Shown here: one piece after another, positions 63,182-64,000 of the stretch
Layout of the letters: each line of letters opens with the position of its first letter
How positions within the stretch are numbered: position 1 is the stretch's first letter
Source of the DNA: a virus
Taxonomy: Duplodnaviria > Caudoviricetes
Virus record (IMG/VR): IMGVR_UViG_3300042554_001750
Reading direction: 5' to 3' (one strand)
DNA: 64,000 bases
Program-made: the position numbers and the translations under genes
The notes under the pieces: generated by a model
What the model saw: only the letters and a program-made list of their open reading frames with translations
What the model was told of the DNA's origin: nothing
Databases searched by the model: none

Positions 63182-64000
63182 ATGAAATTTATAGAACTAA
63201 TGGAAGGCGCAGAGCCAAAACTACCCGGAGCACCCAGTGGCATACAGATTATGACTCCTCAGCAATTCGTTGCTAAGAGTGCAGCCGGTGAAGAACCTGA
63301 ACCTGAAAAAGGTGTAACGGAAGGTCTAGGGGACACCAAAACTGAAGTCTTAGGCACATACAAAGGCTGGAAGTTTGAAATTGAAACTCAAGAAGAAGAC
63401 GACCGCTATGTTACATTCTACGGTGCTGTAAGTCCTGAAGGTAAGTGGCACAGTTTACCCAAGCGTGCCAGTGCTGAACAGTTTAAGCAGTTTGTTGACA
63501 GTAAAAGTGTAACGGAAGCAACCAAACTTGCTGCTCCTACCCGTCCAATTGGTGATCCAGAACTAACAGACTATTTGGATCGTATTCGTAATCAAGAGAA
63601 AAAGAAAACAGACAAGTATAAGTTACCATATATTCACCGTAGTAGCGTAGTTGGTTACTATAACGAAGAAGGTAAAAAGTATAATGTTGATGCTATCAAA
63701 CAGGCATTAGCTGAAAGACCAAAAACACTTCTCAAAAAGAATGAGAAGATGAAGCATAGCGACGGAACTGATGAACAATTTTTTAACGTTGGTTTTGCTG
63801 CACTTGTAGGTATCGCACTAGATGAAAACACAAATGAATTAATAGTAGTAAATACATGTCCTGGTGCGGGTAGTTGCAAAATAGATTGTTTTGCAATGAA
63901 GGGAGGCAAGGTGCAATTCCAAGGCCCATGGCTAAGCGATGGGCGCATTCTTACATATCTATTAAATGACCCAAGTGGTTTCTTCAATCAATTAAAAACA
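63182..64000 (+). CDS. Late protein with GP88-like Cys motif, 3'-truncated (not in ORF track)
   Basis: ATG 63182 open to the window end; GATAAATA at 63119-63126; NTCPGAGSCKIDCFA. Confidence 0.65.
   Translation, partial: MKFIELMEGAEPKLPGAPSGIQIMTPQQFVAKSAAGEEPEPEKGVTEGLGDTKTEVLGTYKGWKFEIETQEEDDRYVTFYGAVSPEGKWHSLPKRASAEQFKQFVDSKSVTEATKLAAPTRPIGDPELTDYLDRIRNQEKKKTDKYKLPYIHRSSVVGYYNEEGKKYNVDAIKQALAERPKTLLKKNEKMKHSDGTDEQFFNVGFAALVGIALDENTNELIVVNTCPGAGSCKIDCFAMKGGKVQFQGPWLSDGRILTYLLNDPSGFFNQLKT

Noticed and set aside
1-64000. CRISPR array, diversity-generating retroelement, integrase, transposase, rRNA
   Set aside because: No regularly spaced repeats, reverse transcriptase, TR/VR pair or recombinase motifs seen
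1-64000. Alternative genetic code (stop reassignment)
   Set aside because: Known proteins are full length in code 11, all three stops terminate genes, and no suppressor tRNA is present

Overview
64 kb segment of a large T4-like (jumbo-type) dsDNA bacteriophage genome, standard genetic code, densely coding. The phage call rests on rIIA/rIIB, a T4-type RNase H/5'-3' exonuclease, ATP-dependent DNA ligase, dCMP deaminase, tail-fibre-like repeat proteins, many near-consensus sigma70 early promoters (GGTTGACAATAAAT-N-TATAAT) and T4-type late boxes (TATAAATA/NATAAATA). A proteobacterial host is inferred from the host-like genes. Left end: DUF2828/vWA protein, a 12-tRNA array with an HNH gene, and two unexplained structured RNAs. 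Host-like genes cover translation (IF-1, bS21, a bL12-CTD-like protein, an ArfA-like peptide), proteostasis (ClpP, ClpX, ClpS, Hsp20 with a ROSE-like leader) and stress (SOD, ErpA, UV endonuclease). The standout is a late-promoter-preceded block at 21.7-29.0 kb: CsgF-like, CsgG, a curlin-repeat protein, a FecR-domain protein, a large adhesin-curlin fusion and a CHASE2 adenylate cyclase. It looks like a phage-encoded curli (type VIII) secretion system joined to a surface-sensing cAMP module. No CRISPR array, rRNA, integrase or transposase was seen. All family calls are by motif recognition; no database search was run.
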